A stretch of DNA of 64,000 nucleotides, taken from the NCBI RefSeq assembly GCF_009914755.1, contig NC_060936.1. One strand, written 5' to 3'. The notes below the pieces were generated by a model, which was given only the letters and a program-made list of their open reading frames with translations, made no database searches and was not told where the DNA came from. Within the stretch, counting starts at the first letter, position 1; each line of letters begins with the position of its first letter. Both the position numbers and the translations under genes were made by a program. The stretch comes from the human T2T-CHM13v2.0 reference genome, Homo sapiens. Positions 29,735-59,200 of the stretch are shown one piece after another.

Positions 29735-31023
29735 TAGGGATGATGGCATCTTGAATTAGTTGTGCAGCAGAGATGGAAAGAAGTAGGTAGACATGAGAGA
29801 GACAGCTTAGAAATGGCAATGATGGGGGTTTTAATGTACTTTCATTATTGTTAGATGAAGAAAAGCCAAGGGTTTTAATATTTTATATACAGGTGGCTTT
29901 GAGTCTACTGCATGGATAAGGCCAAACTGGGCTCCTGGGGGCGGGAGGGCATCATGACTCTAAGTGGAAACTGCTATTTCGAGACCCCAAGGAACATGAG
30001 AATGGGACATTCAGTTCGTACCATTTCCTTCCTCAAACACAACAATTATTTGTCCTCTTCCTCCACCAAGATCAACCTGTGTACAGGCTTAACCCCATGG
30101 AACTATTTCACCAAGTAAGACTGAAAATTGACTACAATATTAAAAGGTGGCTGTTTGTTTTGTTTTGTTTTTTGAGACACAGTCTCACTCTGTCACCCAG
30201 GCTGGAGTGCAGTGGCACAATCCTGGCTCACTGCAACCTCTGTCTCCTGGGCTCAAGTGACCTCAGCCTTGCAAGTACCCAGACTACAGGTGCATGCCAC
30301 CATGCCCAGCTAATTTTTGTATTTTTTGTAGAGATGGAGTCTCACCATGTTGCCCAGGCTGGTCGTCTCAAACTCCTGGGCTCAAGCAATCTGCTCACCT
30401 TGGTCTCCCAAAGTGTTGAGATTATAGGCATGAGTCACTGCGCCTGGCCAAAAGGCATTTTTATAGAATCATTCTATAAATGTCACCATGTGGTCTAAAA
30501 CCAGTAAGCAGATGCTTGAACCCAGGAGGTGGAGGTTGCAACGAGTGAAGATCACACCACTGCACAGCCTGGGCGAAAGAGCAAGATTCCGTCTCAAAAA
30601 AAAAAAAAAAAAAAATCCATAAGCATGAATATCAGCTCTCCTGTCCTTTTGCCAAAGGATGACCAGGTTTGGGCAGAAAACATTTTACAGTAGGGAGGAG
30701 AACCACCGCGGGGAAAACATTTATTTGAATATTTCCTGCTTGCTAGAATCTGTGCTAGACCCTGAAAATAGTAGGAGAAGACCTAGAAAGCCCCAAAGCA
30801 CATCATTACAAGTGAAAAATAGAGCTTAACAATGAAAATGCAAAACAAATTAGTATATAAGCTGCTTAAGACAACTTTAGACATATAATCACAAAAATGA
30901 TCCTGCACGCTTTGAGTGTTCCTCTATTTTATTTGATTCAAGGAAAAATGAAAAAGCCAGACAGAATCATCTGTAAAACTACACGTGATACATTCTTCTA
31001 GGAAAGGTATTAGCTGAACCTAC

Positions 31024-31169
31024 CTCAAAGGTCATTTCGAGGAGGTTTTTGGGAATCTGCATTACTCCTGTGTCTCCCAGCTCTCCTGATACACAGATCC
31101 AAGGGTTTGATGTGATTATTGCATTGCTCAGCTTTTTGATTGGGATGATCACTGACCTATACGGAATCA
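31024..31169 (-). CDS. DENND5B: DENND5B coding exon, PLAT domain (146 nt; [48 protein letters not shown])
   Basis: tttcag acceptor, GAG|gtaggt donor; overlaps ORF 30979..31170. Confidence 0.95.
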
Positions 31170-31924
31170 CTGAAAGAAAAATGCAGAAATTAATTAAAAA
31201 GCGGGAATAAAATTCTCCTTATAACAAAACATATATTAAGAACTCTTGTTGGTTTTCATTGATAATTTGCTTTTTATGATCTATCAAGATGTACTTATAC
31301 GAAAAGTTGAGATCATAACCTTTCAGTCTAGAAAGATGAGATCTAGTTTGCAAACCAGAAGTCTCAATACTCGTAGCAGTGGTTTTCACAGCATGTATAT
31401 CATCATGTATGTATGATGCATATATCAATATTAAACGTATGAACAATCTCAAGCATTAGCACGAGAATACCTAAAGATGTGAACACTGACTGTGTATATT
31501 GTGTTTTCATTGCTTAAATTTTCTTAAAAATTAATTTTGTAACAAAATTGAATAGAAATGAACATGATTACTGATATGGTTTTATATAAAAAGAGGGGTG
31601 GATGACTTCTTGGACAGTATTGAGTTTCTTGGGCAATGCTTTAAAGCACTGCATTTCAGAACTTTCCTGTCCCAAGTTTACAGAACAATATGCAAAAACC
31701 ACAAATAATAAACAATGGCACCTCCACTCTGGACATATCGTGAAGTCTATAAACCACAACTTTGAAAGCTATTAAGGTGACTCACACGCAAGAGGAGCCC
31801 AGGGAGGCTCTTCCACAGACAGACCACTAGATGTCACTGCCCTATCACTGTCCTTTGCTCAAATGTGGAAGCACGAGAGGTTAGATGTTATGCATGTCCT
31901 CCCTTCTTTTTTTTCTTTTTTTTT

Positions 31925-34690
<2,766 letters not shown>

Positions 34691-35663
34691 TTAAGTAGGG
34701 TAGAATCAATATTTGTTGTTATCCTTGGGATTTCTGCCCATTTGATCATAAGAGGGGGTGTTAGAAGCCCTCCGTGAAAGATCTACAAGTAGGATGAAAA
34801 ACATTTACTAAAGAAGGTGCCTAGATATAGCCTCACAATATGAGCTCATGGTTCAGTGCACTCTTAGATGAGGAAAACAAATGAGATAAATGGTTCATTT
34901 CCCTAATTTTACATAAAAGACTTTCTTTATGTTAGGTGAAGAGTCTCCCTTTGTGTCCTTTTATTTTGGCTTTAGGATAGGAAAATGTCAGAGAAAAGGC
35001 CATATATTCACGGTTTAGTAATCATCAGAATCAAATGGGTTTTGAAACTGAAAGCAGAAGAGGTTAGTGTTAAGACTTTATTTTAGGTGCCAGAGGCTTT
35101 TCTCATTTCTTGCACTGCTAAGAAAATCTGCAGAAAAAGGCATGTTTAGGGTCAGCAGTTCTGTGGCTGCAAAAGGCCCACAGATGCACAACAGTGATTT
35201 CATAGTTTAAGTATGAAAAAGCAATATGATTAAATTTAAAAATTTCTTTCATGAAGAATTCCTCAAATTGAAAGAGTTACTCAGATGAAGAGAAATCTAC
35301 AGATATAAGGAGGATTTTAGGAATCCTCTACTGCTACTACTTCTTATTTATTTAGAGACAGTCTCAACCTGTCACCCAGGCTGGAGGGCAGTGGTGTGAT
35401 CTTGGCTCACTGCAACCTCTGCCTCCCGGGTTCAAGTGATTCTCCCACATCAGCCTCCTGAGTAGCTGGGACTAAAGCAAGCGCCACCACGTCCGGCTAA
35501 TTTTTGTATTTTTTGGTAGAGATGAGGTTTCACCATGTTGGCCACGTCAGTCTCGAACTCCTGACCTCATGTGATCCACCCGCCTTGGCCTCCCAAGGTG
35601 CTGGCATTACAGGTGTGAGCCACTGTGCCTGGCCTCTTCGATTTAATTAAATTAATTAATTAA

Positions 35664-35793
<130 letters not shown>

Positions 35794-36039
35794 TAGCTGG
35801 GATTACAGGCGCCCACCACCACACCCAGCTAATTTTTGTATTTTTAGTAGAGACGGGGTTTCACCATGTTGGTCAGGCTGGTCTCTAACCCCTGCCCTTG
35901 TGATCCAACTGCCTTGGCCTCCCAAAGCGCTGGGATTACAGGCTTGAGCCACCGCGCCCGGCCCAATTTTAAAACTGTATATAACTTTTTAGTTTCTTAC
36001 ACCTGCAGTAACCTAATCAACGAATAGTAACTTGACAGG

Positions 36040-36441
36040 CATTACAGGATGGCCTAATCCCCATTCCAATTCCCTTTTCCTTTGTCTTCCGTTACCAGAG
36101 ACTGGAAAGCCAAAACCTACACAATTCTGGCCAGTGAAATGTTAGTGATATTTATTGAGATTTTTTGGAAAATTATGTCTTTCTAGCACAGATCCTGCCC
36201 CTCCTTGGCACTCTCTCCTTCCTGCTGGAAGGTATGCTGAGAACAGCCATGTTGAAACCATGAGGTAACTAGCACACACAGAGCATGTCTAACAGGAAAA
36301 AGACAATGAGCCTGGGTCCGTGACAGCACTGCCCACTGCCTACTTTGAGACCTTTATTATGTAAGTGAAATTACTATGCTGTAAACCACTGGTTTTCAAG
36401 TTTCTGATACTTGCAGCTAAATGCAATTCCTAATTGATACA
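36040..36441 (+). mobile_element. Old MLT1-type LTR fragment
   Basis: GCCATGTTG..ACCATGAGG..GAGCCTGGGTCC.TGA, ends TTGCAGCTAAATGCAATTCCTAATTGATACA. Confidence 0.55.
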
Positions 36442-36834
36442 AGTAAAAATTCTCCAAAGTAAGGAAGAGGACCCACTGCAAATAAGAATTAGCAATGAAG
36501 GAAAGAATAAATGCTATCATTCGGCTTTCTATAAAAAATACATCTCTTGGACAGGCTCAGTGGCTCACACCTGTAATCCTAGCACATTGGGAGGTTGAGG
36601 CGGATGGATCACCTGAGGTCAGGAGTTTGAGACCAGCCTGGCCAACATGGTGAAACCCTGTCTCCACTAAAAACACAAAAATTAGCCGGGCATGGTGACA
36701 TATGCCTATATACAGATGTGTGATTTGGGAGGCTAAGGCAGGAGAATCGCTTGATCCCAGGGGACGGAGGTTGCAGTGAGCTGAGATTCCACCACTGCAC
36801 TCCAGCCTAGGTGACAGAGCCAGACACCATCTCA

Positions 36835-36939
<105 letters not shown>

Positions 36940-36942
36940 TTA

Positions 36943-37239
<297 letters not shown>

Positions 37240-37798
37240 TTATTATTAACACACAGATACTTTGATTTTATGTGTTTTCGTTAAGATATTGAAATATTTA
37301 CTTAATAAAACATTCCTTTTCTCATCTATTGTAGGTAACATTTCCTATCAAAGACTGGGTTTCTTGGGAAGAAATCTCTGAGTCAGAAATTAGCATGGAC
37401 AATGCTGCTCCTGGGACCAACATGTGAGAAGGAAAGCAGGATTGGTTAAGCAAGATGTTAAGCTTCGATGCAGTCTCAATGAAATCCTCATCTATCTAAC
37501 CCCCATGGTGAGCTCCGGGACAGCCCTTTGTTCAGTCATGGGATGCTGGCTGGAACTGACAGAAGGTATCATCTCCAGTGAGGTACTTTTCTTCAGTAAG
37601 GCGTTCTCTAAAGCCTGACAGCCAAGGGTTTCCTGTAGCACTCTTAGCATTTGGGGAATATCCTTTACTCCTAAACAGAGACCTGGGCGTATGTCACAAT
37701 GTCACATGTACTATGGCATATCTTGCTTTAAAAAATATAAATGCTTTTATTGCATTGGTCACCTCAGTAACCCTTAACGGTCAATTCTCTAGACTTAC

Positions 37799-37920
37799 TG
37801 ATAGTGGTGAACACACTGGTGAAGCAGAAATAGTCCACAGCATTGAGAGAAAGAAGGTGGTAAAGAAACTGCTCTCTTTCTTCTTCGCAACGTAGAAAAG
37901 CATATCGCTTATAAAGCTTC
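37799..37920 (-). CDS. DENND5B: DENND5B coding exon, end of RUN1 (122 nt; [40 protein letters not shown])
   Basis: ttcctag acceptor, A|gtaagt donor, phase 2 to 1; RUN motif LYKRYAFL. Confidence 0.95.
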
Positions 37921-37987
37921 CTAGGAAAGGGTAAGACAAGCACAAGACAGTAGTATCAAAGAAAAAAAAAAAAAACCAAGACAGTAG

Positions 37988-38137
<150 letters not shown>

Positions 38138-38140
38138 TGA

Positions 38141-38486
<346 letters not shown>

Positions 38487-39027
38487 TAAAAATAAATAGG
38501 TCCTCTTAGACAAACACCTTTAATCTTGAAAAAATAGATTCATTCTATTTCAATTCATAAAAATGGATATATAAACAGTTAATAAAACACTTTTAACCTA
38601 ATAATTAAGGAAAAAATGCATCTATTTTATCTATCAAACTAATAAAGACTTAAAAGTGATGACCAGTGTTGACGAGGAAGAAATGAATGCCATTCTCACA
38701 GTTGGTGAGACTGAAAATTTCAGGAAAGCAATTCAGGTAACAATTACTTTAAACCAATCATACCCCTTGACTCATCAATTTTACTTTTAGGATTCAGTCC
38801 TAAAGAAACAGATGAAATGGGGCAAAGATTTCATTAAACACTTACATTTAAGCACTTTCCCAAGTGTTTTATAGGTATTAGTACATTTAATTCTCACTCT
38901 ATGAGGTAAGTCTATTAGTGCCTTTTTATTATTTATTTATTTATTTATTTTTCTTGAGATGAGGTCTCGTTCTATAACCCAGGTTGCTGGAGTGCAGCGA
39001 TGCAGTAACAGCTCGCTGCAGCCTTGA

Positions 39028-39282
<255 letters not shown>

Positions 39283-39855
39283 TAAATATTTTGTCCGAGG
39301 TCATTCAAACACTAACTAGAGAAGGCAATATTTGAACACAAGCATTCAGACTTCAGATTTTAAACTCTTCTGATACGGTGAAATGTTTATGGTACACTGT
39401 TAAGCTAAAAAAAAGGATGATATTGAATCGCACATATAGTGTATCTTAATAAGAGAACATGCATAGAAGAAAAGTACAGAAGAAAATGTGAAATACTTAG
39501 TGTTCTTTATATAGCAGGATTGTAAGTGATTATCATTTTCCTCTTTGTACTTTGGCCACTATGAGCATAAATCACTTTTTTTTTTTTTTTTTGAGACAGT
39601 TTCGCTCTTATTGCCCAGGCTAGAGTGCAATGGCACGATCTTGGCTCACCGCAACCTCTCGTCTCCCAGGCTCAAGCGATTCTCCTGCCTCAGCCTCCAA
39701 GTAGCTGGGATTACAGGCATGTGCCACCACGCCTGGCTAATTTTGTATTTTTAGTAGAGATGGGGTTTCTCTACGTTGGTCAGGCTAGTCTCGAACTCCT
39801 GATCTCTGGTGATCCACCCGCCTCGGCCTCCCAAACTGTAGGATTACAGCCATGA

Positions 39856-40113
<258 letters not shown>

Positions 40114-40870
40114 TGATCTGCCTGCCTCGGCCTCCCAAAGTGCTGGGATTACAGGTGTGAGCCACTGCGCCCAGCCAATAACTTTTTGTAATTGGAAAAA
40201 AAAACCACGCCAGTTTTAAGAAAACAAGGTCAGATTCACAGGCTATATGCAACACTTCATGCTTTATCAAACCTACTGTTTGGACATTAAAACTCATCTG
40301 AAAATGCTCCAGGGGGTATGTAATCCAAGTGTGATATATACAAATACAAAACTACAAAAAGCACTGGAACTCTAATAGGCTATCTTGTTTGAGGTCTTTG
40401 TTGAATTCTCTGCCTAACTTTGCTCCTTAGAAGTCAAAGTCCTTAGCCTTCAAATTAGCACTAATGTAAATATAAGGGCAATATATTTCATCCAAGACAG
40501 CTTCTTTTTTTTGTTTTTGTTTTTTGAGACAGGGTCTCGCTCTGTTGCCCAAGCTGGAGTGCAGTGGCCCAATACTGGCTCAAATGATTCTCCTGATTCA
40601 GCCTCCAAGTAGCTGGGATTACAGGTGCCTGCCACCATGCCCGGTTAATTTTTTTATTTTTTGTAGAGACAGGGTTGTGCCATGTTGGCCAGGCTGGTCT
40701 CGAACTCCTGACCTCAAGTGATCTGCCCACCTTGGCCTCCCAAAGTGTTGGGATTACAGGTGTGAGCCACTGCACCTGACCTCGAAGAGGGTTTCTTGAT
40801 AGAGTAAACAGAAGAAATTAAAAGTTAACAATTAATTGACATGTACTTGACTGGTTTCCCGGCTCTAAAC

Positions 40871-41217
40871 CAGTGGTTCCCAACCTTTTTGGCGCCAGGG
40901 ACCTGTTTCATGGAAGATAATGTTCCCATGGCTGTCGCAGGGGCTGGGGAGGGGGAGGTGGATTCAGAATAAAATTGTTGCACCTCATATCATCAGTCAT
41001 TAGAGTCTCATAAGGAGCACATAACCTAGATCCCTCACATGCGCAGTTCACAATAGGGTTTATGCTCCTTTGAGAATCTAATGCTGCTGATCTGACAGGA
41101 GGCGGAGCTTAGGCGGTAATGCTTGCTTGCCCTCGGCTCATCTCCTGCTGTGCAGCCCTGGTTCCTAACAGACCACAGACCAGTACTGGTCCATGGCCCA
41201 AGGGCTGGGAACCCTTG
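40871..41217. mobile_element. MER1B-like hAT-Charlie MITE with 8-bp TSD
   Basis: Ends CAGTGGTTCCCAACC ... GGCTGGGAACCCTTG; internal CTCATAAGGAGC..AACCTAGATCCCTC..GCGCAGTTCACAATAGGGTT; TSD CTCTAAAC (40863-70) and CCCTAAAC (41218-25). Confidence 0.88.
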
Positions 41218-41969
41218 CCCTAAACTAGTGAATGCAAGGCTCTCAGAAGAAGCCCTTTACTGGGACCTCCTCACAGAACTTTATTATTTCTTTCTTTTTT
41301 TACTCCAGGTTTTATCTGTATACAACCTGTATACAGGTTTTACAATATAAGGTTTATACAAAATAATATAAGGTTTATATAAATTCATCCGATCTTTTGG
41401 ATGTTACTGTCAGCTTGTGTGAACTAGCCAGCTTTTTGCCTGATTCTGGCAGAGCAATCCGGCCTTTTTTTTTTGAGATGGTCTTGCACTGTCGCCCAGA
41501 CTGGAGCGCAGTGACATGATCTCAGCTCACTGCAACCTCCACCTCCCAAGTTCAAGTGATTCTCCTGCCTCAGCCTCCTGAATAGCCATGACTACAGGTG
41601 TGTGGCACCATGCCCTGCTAACTTATTTTTTGTAGAGACGGGGTTTCACCATGTTACCCAGGCTGGTCTTGAATTCCTGGACTCAAGTGATCCTCCCACC
41701 TTGGCCTCCCAAAATGTTAGGATTACAGGCAATGGCCACCATGCCCAACTGCAATCTGGCCTTTGGCTGTTAAATTTGGTGTGTCCCCCCAAAACGATCA
41801 AGTATTACATCAAAACAGTTTTCAAAGCACACGCCTGTTAGATAAAGAAGAATGCATGTGCACAGGATACAGCACTTCATACTGAAGAAGCCAGTTTGTC
41901 AGTTTATGCAACTTGTTTTGTATGCACATGGATTATAGAAACAGAAATGTATCAAAGATGGTATCTTAC

Positions 41970-42098
41970 TTGGTGAGTGGTTGGTTAGAAAGCAACTGCT
42001 TAAGATGCTGGGACAAGAGCTTCTTTTCTAGAGACAGTCTTATCCACGCCCGAGCTCGTCCAACATCAGTCTTGATCTCACTCATGTTTTGAATATGC
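41970..42098 (-). CDS. DENND5B: DENND5B coding exon, RUN1 (129 nt; [43 protein letters not shown])
   Basis: tttag acceptor, AA|gtaaga donor; RUN signature [11 protein letters not shown]. Confidence 0.95.
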
Positions 42099-43072
42099 CT
42101 AAAGAATAGTGGCAACAGCAAAGATGTAGATTTTAAGGATAACCCTGACTAGAAAAGAAGTAAAGAGTGAACAGTACTGGGCACAGAAAGGTTTATACTT
42201 AAAGGGAGCAATGGATAATATACAATTGATGTTGATTAAATCTTTGAAGGTTCCATCTGAATCATGAAGTTAGTCTCACATCATAATTGCCATTACAACA
42301 CAAGCACACGGACAATGTGGTAAGATAAAGCATTTAACACTTATTCACTCTTTCAGGCTTTATTATGTCCTTGTGGCAGACTCATAGATATCTGTAAATA
42401 AGAATTTGGTTATTCCTGATGCTCCAAAAAAATTAATGAAACAGGGTGAATACTCAAGTTTCTTTTCAAAATAACTGTTCTATAGCATAATTAAATATCA
42501 GTCACAACTTTAATCCACTGAATTACTTTTCAAGTTGCACTGGACAACATATGGAAAATATGAAATCTTACTTTCTATGGCATTAGAGAAAATAAGCCAG
42601 ACTGCATTGATAATCTTTAATTGTTTAATTATTTTAAATATTTTAAAATACAGGGTCTTGCTATGTTGCCCAGGCTGGTCTCAATCTCTTGGTCTCAAAT
42701 GATCCTCTTCCCTCAGCCTCCCAAAGTGCATGACCCACTGCACTTGGATCTTATGACACTGCTTTAAACCCATACATTGTAAGAGTTGACTAAGTATTGT
42801 ACCTAAAATATTTAAAAGATAAAAGCCTCTGCCTTCCTCATTCAATAAATCTGTGTTAGATATCTTGAAGTCTTCTAAAGATTTCTTAACAGTAATTCCA
42901 AGTGATGATTCTCAGATATGTATTTGCTTCAAACTAAATCTACCTGATTGCAATTGTTCTGCCACATATCCTGCCATTATTTGCAGAATTTTTCTTCTGT
43001 ACCTTCTTCGGTGGGCAGAGGTGTTTAAGGGAGTTTTAAAAACTGAACAAAAGAAGCTATAAAATAGTTTAG

Positions 43073-51770
<8,698 letters not shown>

Positions 51771-52126
51771 TAAAACTTGTAAGAAAAAAAAAAATTCTAA
51801 TGCTAGTGAGAGTAATGTATCCTTGTATGGCCATTTACAATTCATTGGGGGTTTTCACATGATACCTTATTTGATCAGCATGACCGTTCTAGCCTAGGTA
51901 ATCTCATTTTTCCTATTTTATAGATGACGAAGCAGGACTTCAGAAAGGGCAAGTAACTTTTCCCAGGTCTCACAGTTAGTAAGTAATATTGCTCCTTCTA
52001 CTTTATCCCATTATTGGCAAAATGAGTAAATTTTAGCTTGAGAGAGAAAGAGATCAAGACAAGGCCAAATAGTATTGAGTCTTCTCAGAGTCCAGTGCTG
52101 CTAGTTCTTTACCAATGATGTCATAC

Positions 52127-52205
52127 CTGGTGATTCTGCAAGGTGCTCTTGTTTCTCTTCTCTGTCCTGAAATTGAATTAAATGTGACCACAAAGCCGAC
52201 TTCCC
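52127..52205 (-). CDS. DENND5B: DENND5B coding exon (79 nt; GKSALWSHLIQFQDREEKQEHLAESP)
   Basis: tttcag acceptor, CCAG|gtatga donor, phase 0 to 1. Confidence 0.93.
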
Positions 52206-53028
52206 CTGAAAGTACAAGATGTGTAAAAATTTCATAAGAAATAATTCATCAAAAAATAATTTCTCATCCAAATCATTCATATTCCAATAGCCATTTAGAA
52301 GTCTGGTGACCCAAGCTCACTCATTCCTAGTTGTATGACATTCTGAGCATCTTCTGCATGTATCATAAAGGTCATCCTGTACCTCACTGACAAGACTACC
52401 AAGAGCCTGGGAAAAGGAAGCAGCTAAGCAAAGGGCCAGCATGGCAGGCAGAAGATTTCTGATGTCTGCTAGGTTGTTACTTGGTTGTATGTAATTAGGG
52501 CTGTCTACATGGGCTACATTAGTAACCATGGAATTAAAATGCTCTAGCAGCACAGAATGTACTTGTGTACATCTACATGTAAAATATGTTTGGATATATG
52601 GAGTGGCGATAAGAGAAAAAAATCGAGGTGAGAGGAGAAAGAGAAAAAGGGAAGAAGAAAGAAACATGCACACATCAGAAAAAAATCAGAAAGGGAGACT
52701 AGAGAGACAAAAGCAAAGAGACCATTTGAATGATTTCACCCTGAATTATTAGATAACTTAAAATGGTAAGGAACTGTTAATTCTGGACAGTGACAAAGGC
52801 AAACATTTAATGGAACTTACTAGGGATACAGCCTCTGCAATGATGTGCTATTTCATCCTTTCCCGCTTAGCAGGAAAGAGCCCAAACCACCTCCTGCTCA
52901 TGGGTTATATTTTCTTTTTCTGAAATTAAAATGCCTGTGGCATTTTTCTAGTCCCCTTGTGACAAAAGAGCCTATTTTTTTTTAATGACATATTTGTCTC
53001 CTTGTTACATTTCTTAACAGGGCTCTTA

Positions 53029-53217
<189 letters not shown>

Positions 53218-53559
53218 CTAAGAATATCACGTGTAGTCATAAGGCACCCCAGCAGTGAAACCAAAAACCAACAAGTCAATTACTAAAGTAGGAGACTTGG
53301 TTTCCCTTCATTATACTTCTATTTGCAGATTTGTAATCACCTTGGGAAAAAAATCTCTTAATCTTGATGTTCAACTAACTGGACTAATATAATTTATATG
53401 TCACTATTTTGTCAGAAAAATGGAGTGTGACTAAAGAGAATATAAGATAATATTTGTAAGGCATCCCCATGTTGAAAAGATGCTTATATACAACAGTTGT
53501 CAAATTATTAACTTCTGTGATATTGGGGAATTACAGCAGACTTAGAAAATGTACTGTCA

Positions 53560-53869
<310 letters not shown>

Positions 53870-54822
53870 AGAAAATGTACTGTCAGAATATGGAACCCCA
53901 TCCTGCCACCACAACTTGCCCTATCACTGCCCCAGCATCTTAGCATACTAAAGATTCTTGCACTTAGTTTGATTGCACTTAGGTAAAAACCAGAATACAA
54001 ATGGGCAGCTCTAAATTTTTTGAGAACTCTAATTTGTGAATGAACCAGGACTTTACTTCTCCTTTTTTATCTTTTCTTTGTTCATCAAGCATGCACCAAA
54101 AAATGGAAAGAAAATGGAAATCAGTTTCATGTAAGTTAATTTGCATCAGTCTTAGTAGCTTTTATAAAATGTAAAATGAGAGAGAATCTAGCTCTTTTAG
54201 GCAAGAACTTTAATTCACCACTATATACTGATGCTGAAAATAGTAGTACATTTATTGAATATGCAGAGAAGGTACTCAAGAAATGACTGTCAAATAAATA
54301 AATAAAATCATTAGCTAAAATGATGTTTTAAGTTTTGTCAATTTGTACTGCTACCTCCAATAAACACAGGTTTCTGAGAGGAGAACGTTGTGCAATATAC
54401 ACAAACCTACAACACAGCTAAGGTATTTTTCCTTATGGGGACAAAAACCATGTACAGGCACAAATAAGGTTGTACACAGGTGCATACACAGACACAAAAG
54501 TGTTGCCTTTCACATAAGATGACAATATTCCTGACGCAAATTATGAGTGGCTTAAGACATCCGTTCATGTTGGTGAGGAGGAGAGCAATGTCTGAAAAGG
54601 TGAGAAAAATGGTAGAAGGCTCTCATGTCATTGATTCTGTGGGGAATGAAGAACCCATGGAGGTTCAATACCCCAGTAAAGAGCACATGAGGTCAATGCC
54701 ACAGTAAAAGTTTTCTTCTAGCAAAATTACATGCTTAAATGGGGGTTAACTCAGTTCATCTTAGCCTCACACATGGTGTAAACATGAATGCACACTGTCT
54801 GGCATCAGTGAATAATACATAC

Positions 54823-54954
54823 CTTCATTCTACATTCTTTTAATAAGCCTTCTACGAATTTACAGTTGGTCTGTGCAATAACTGCAGGAGAGAGGTCTGA
54901 CAGTTTGGGTTGCCTCAGGTTTTTTCCTAAACTTCGTGCCTCTTGCATATATTT
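54823..54954 (-). CDS. DENND5B: DENND5B coding exon (132 nt; [44 protein letters not shown])
   Basis: ttttag acceptor, AAG|gtatgt donor, 44 open codons, phase 0-0. Confidence 0.93.
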
Positions 54955-55848
54955 CTAAAAAATCAAGGAGTATTTTTAATGCGTAAACATTAGCTATTCT
55001 TCTAATCTTCTTAACCTTATACAAACAAGTGCAGAGACAAATGAAATGCAAAAAAGTCCGTAAGTGTATGTGCATATAACAACAATTAATGTTTTAGTGT
55101 ACTAAAAGACAGAGGACACTCATATGCCACCCCATAACAACTGTTAACTCCTGTGAGAAGTAAAGTGACAGAAACCCCATCACGTTAAAACTCATTCAAA
55201 GTGAGATGACATTTCATTTCATTTAGTCTTTTTATTGGGAATACAAAAGGTTGTGAAGTCAGGACTGTGGTTGGGACAAAAAAATTTAGGTGTTTAGATC
55301 ACAAATCCAAGGTTCTGCAGGAGTCCAGCTGTTCTCAGATCACTGATTTCCTCCACTCCTTTCCCCATACAGTAAGACTTAACATACCTCTAGCCTCCTG
55401 GGCAGTGCTCTCCAATCTAACCCTTTGCTCTATAATCAAGTCACAACAGTAAAATCAGGAGCTTTCGAATCTGGTTGTAACTAATTTTATGACTCAGGTG
55501 TTATCAACTAATGTGTGTGCATCTCAGCTTGTTAAATGGGCATAAAACATGCCCCCCTACCTCCCCAAAAGGCTATAGGATCACTCTGAAAAGCACGATG
55601 TGCTCCAAGTGAAGGTGGCCTCTTTCTGTGATGTTTTTGCTAAAGCCCTACCTTGCCTTGTTCTATAATCAAGAGAAAGTGAATTACAGTGTTACTTTTG
55701 GGGTTTGTGGTAACTCTAAGGTATCACAGAAACTTAACCAAATGCTCTTGAGCTTTGGTTAGTGAATTTCTATTAAAAAAATCACTACATGTGTTTAGTG
55801 CAAGACATGTGCTCTCTCTCTTCTTTCTATGCTGTCTATAAAAGTTCA

Positions 55849-56148
<300 letters not shown>

Positions 56149-56622
56149 TCATCTGGATACCTTATGTTTACATCAGGATCACAGGGCAGAATTTTCCAAA
56201 AAGTCCAAGTGACTTAGGACCATATTTAGAGAATAACTGCTCTACATTATATAGTAAAAGTAGCAGTTTATTGGCTGGTAGTGGGGGGCAGCATGGAGAC
56301 TGAGACGGCAAGCCAGCACATCCTCCCACGGGCACATATGTGAAATCTATCCTTACTATCTTCAGAGGAGAGCTTGATATTATAAAAGAAGATGTGTAAA
56401 ATCCTTTGCATTCTTTAAAAAAGAGAGTTTGTACATTTAATATATTTCTCCTTTGGAAGAAAATAATCTGCTAAGTCTGGTACAAATAAAAAAAATCCCA
56501 CTGATTAGGGATTCCACTAATCTGTTTACCTGCTACCTCCCAACCTTTGTGACGAAAGGCAAAATTAACAAAATAATGTTTTTTTCCAGTCCAATCATTT
56601 TAACAGTTGTCTCTAATTCTCA

Positions 56623-59200
<2,578 letters not shown>

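Noticed and set aside
52317-52673. 118-aa minus-strand ORF as an independent gene or long in-frame exon
   Set aside because: Its start lies in a polypyrimidine tract, and the first available AG (52573) enters a different frame; only the 24-nt end has compatible splice sites
54480-54620. Strong-looking minus-strand acceptor (ttctcaccttttcag, exon start 54591) giving a stop after 8 codons
   Set aside because: No convincing donor downstream and no long AG-exclusion zone; cannot be distinguished from a chance pseudo-acceptor
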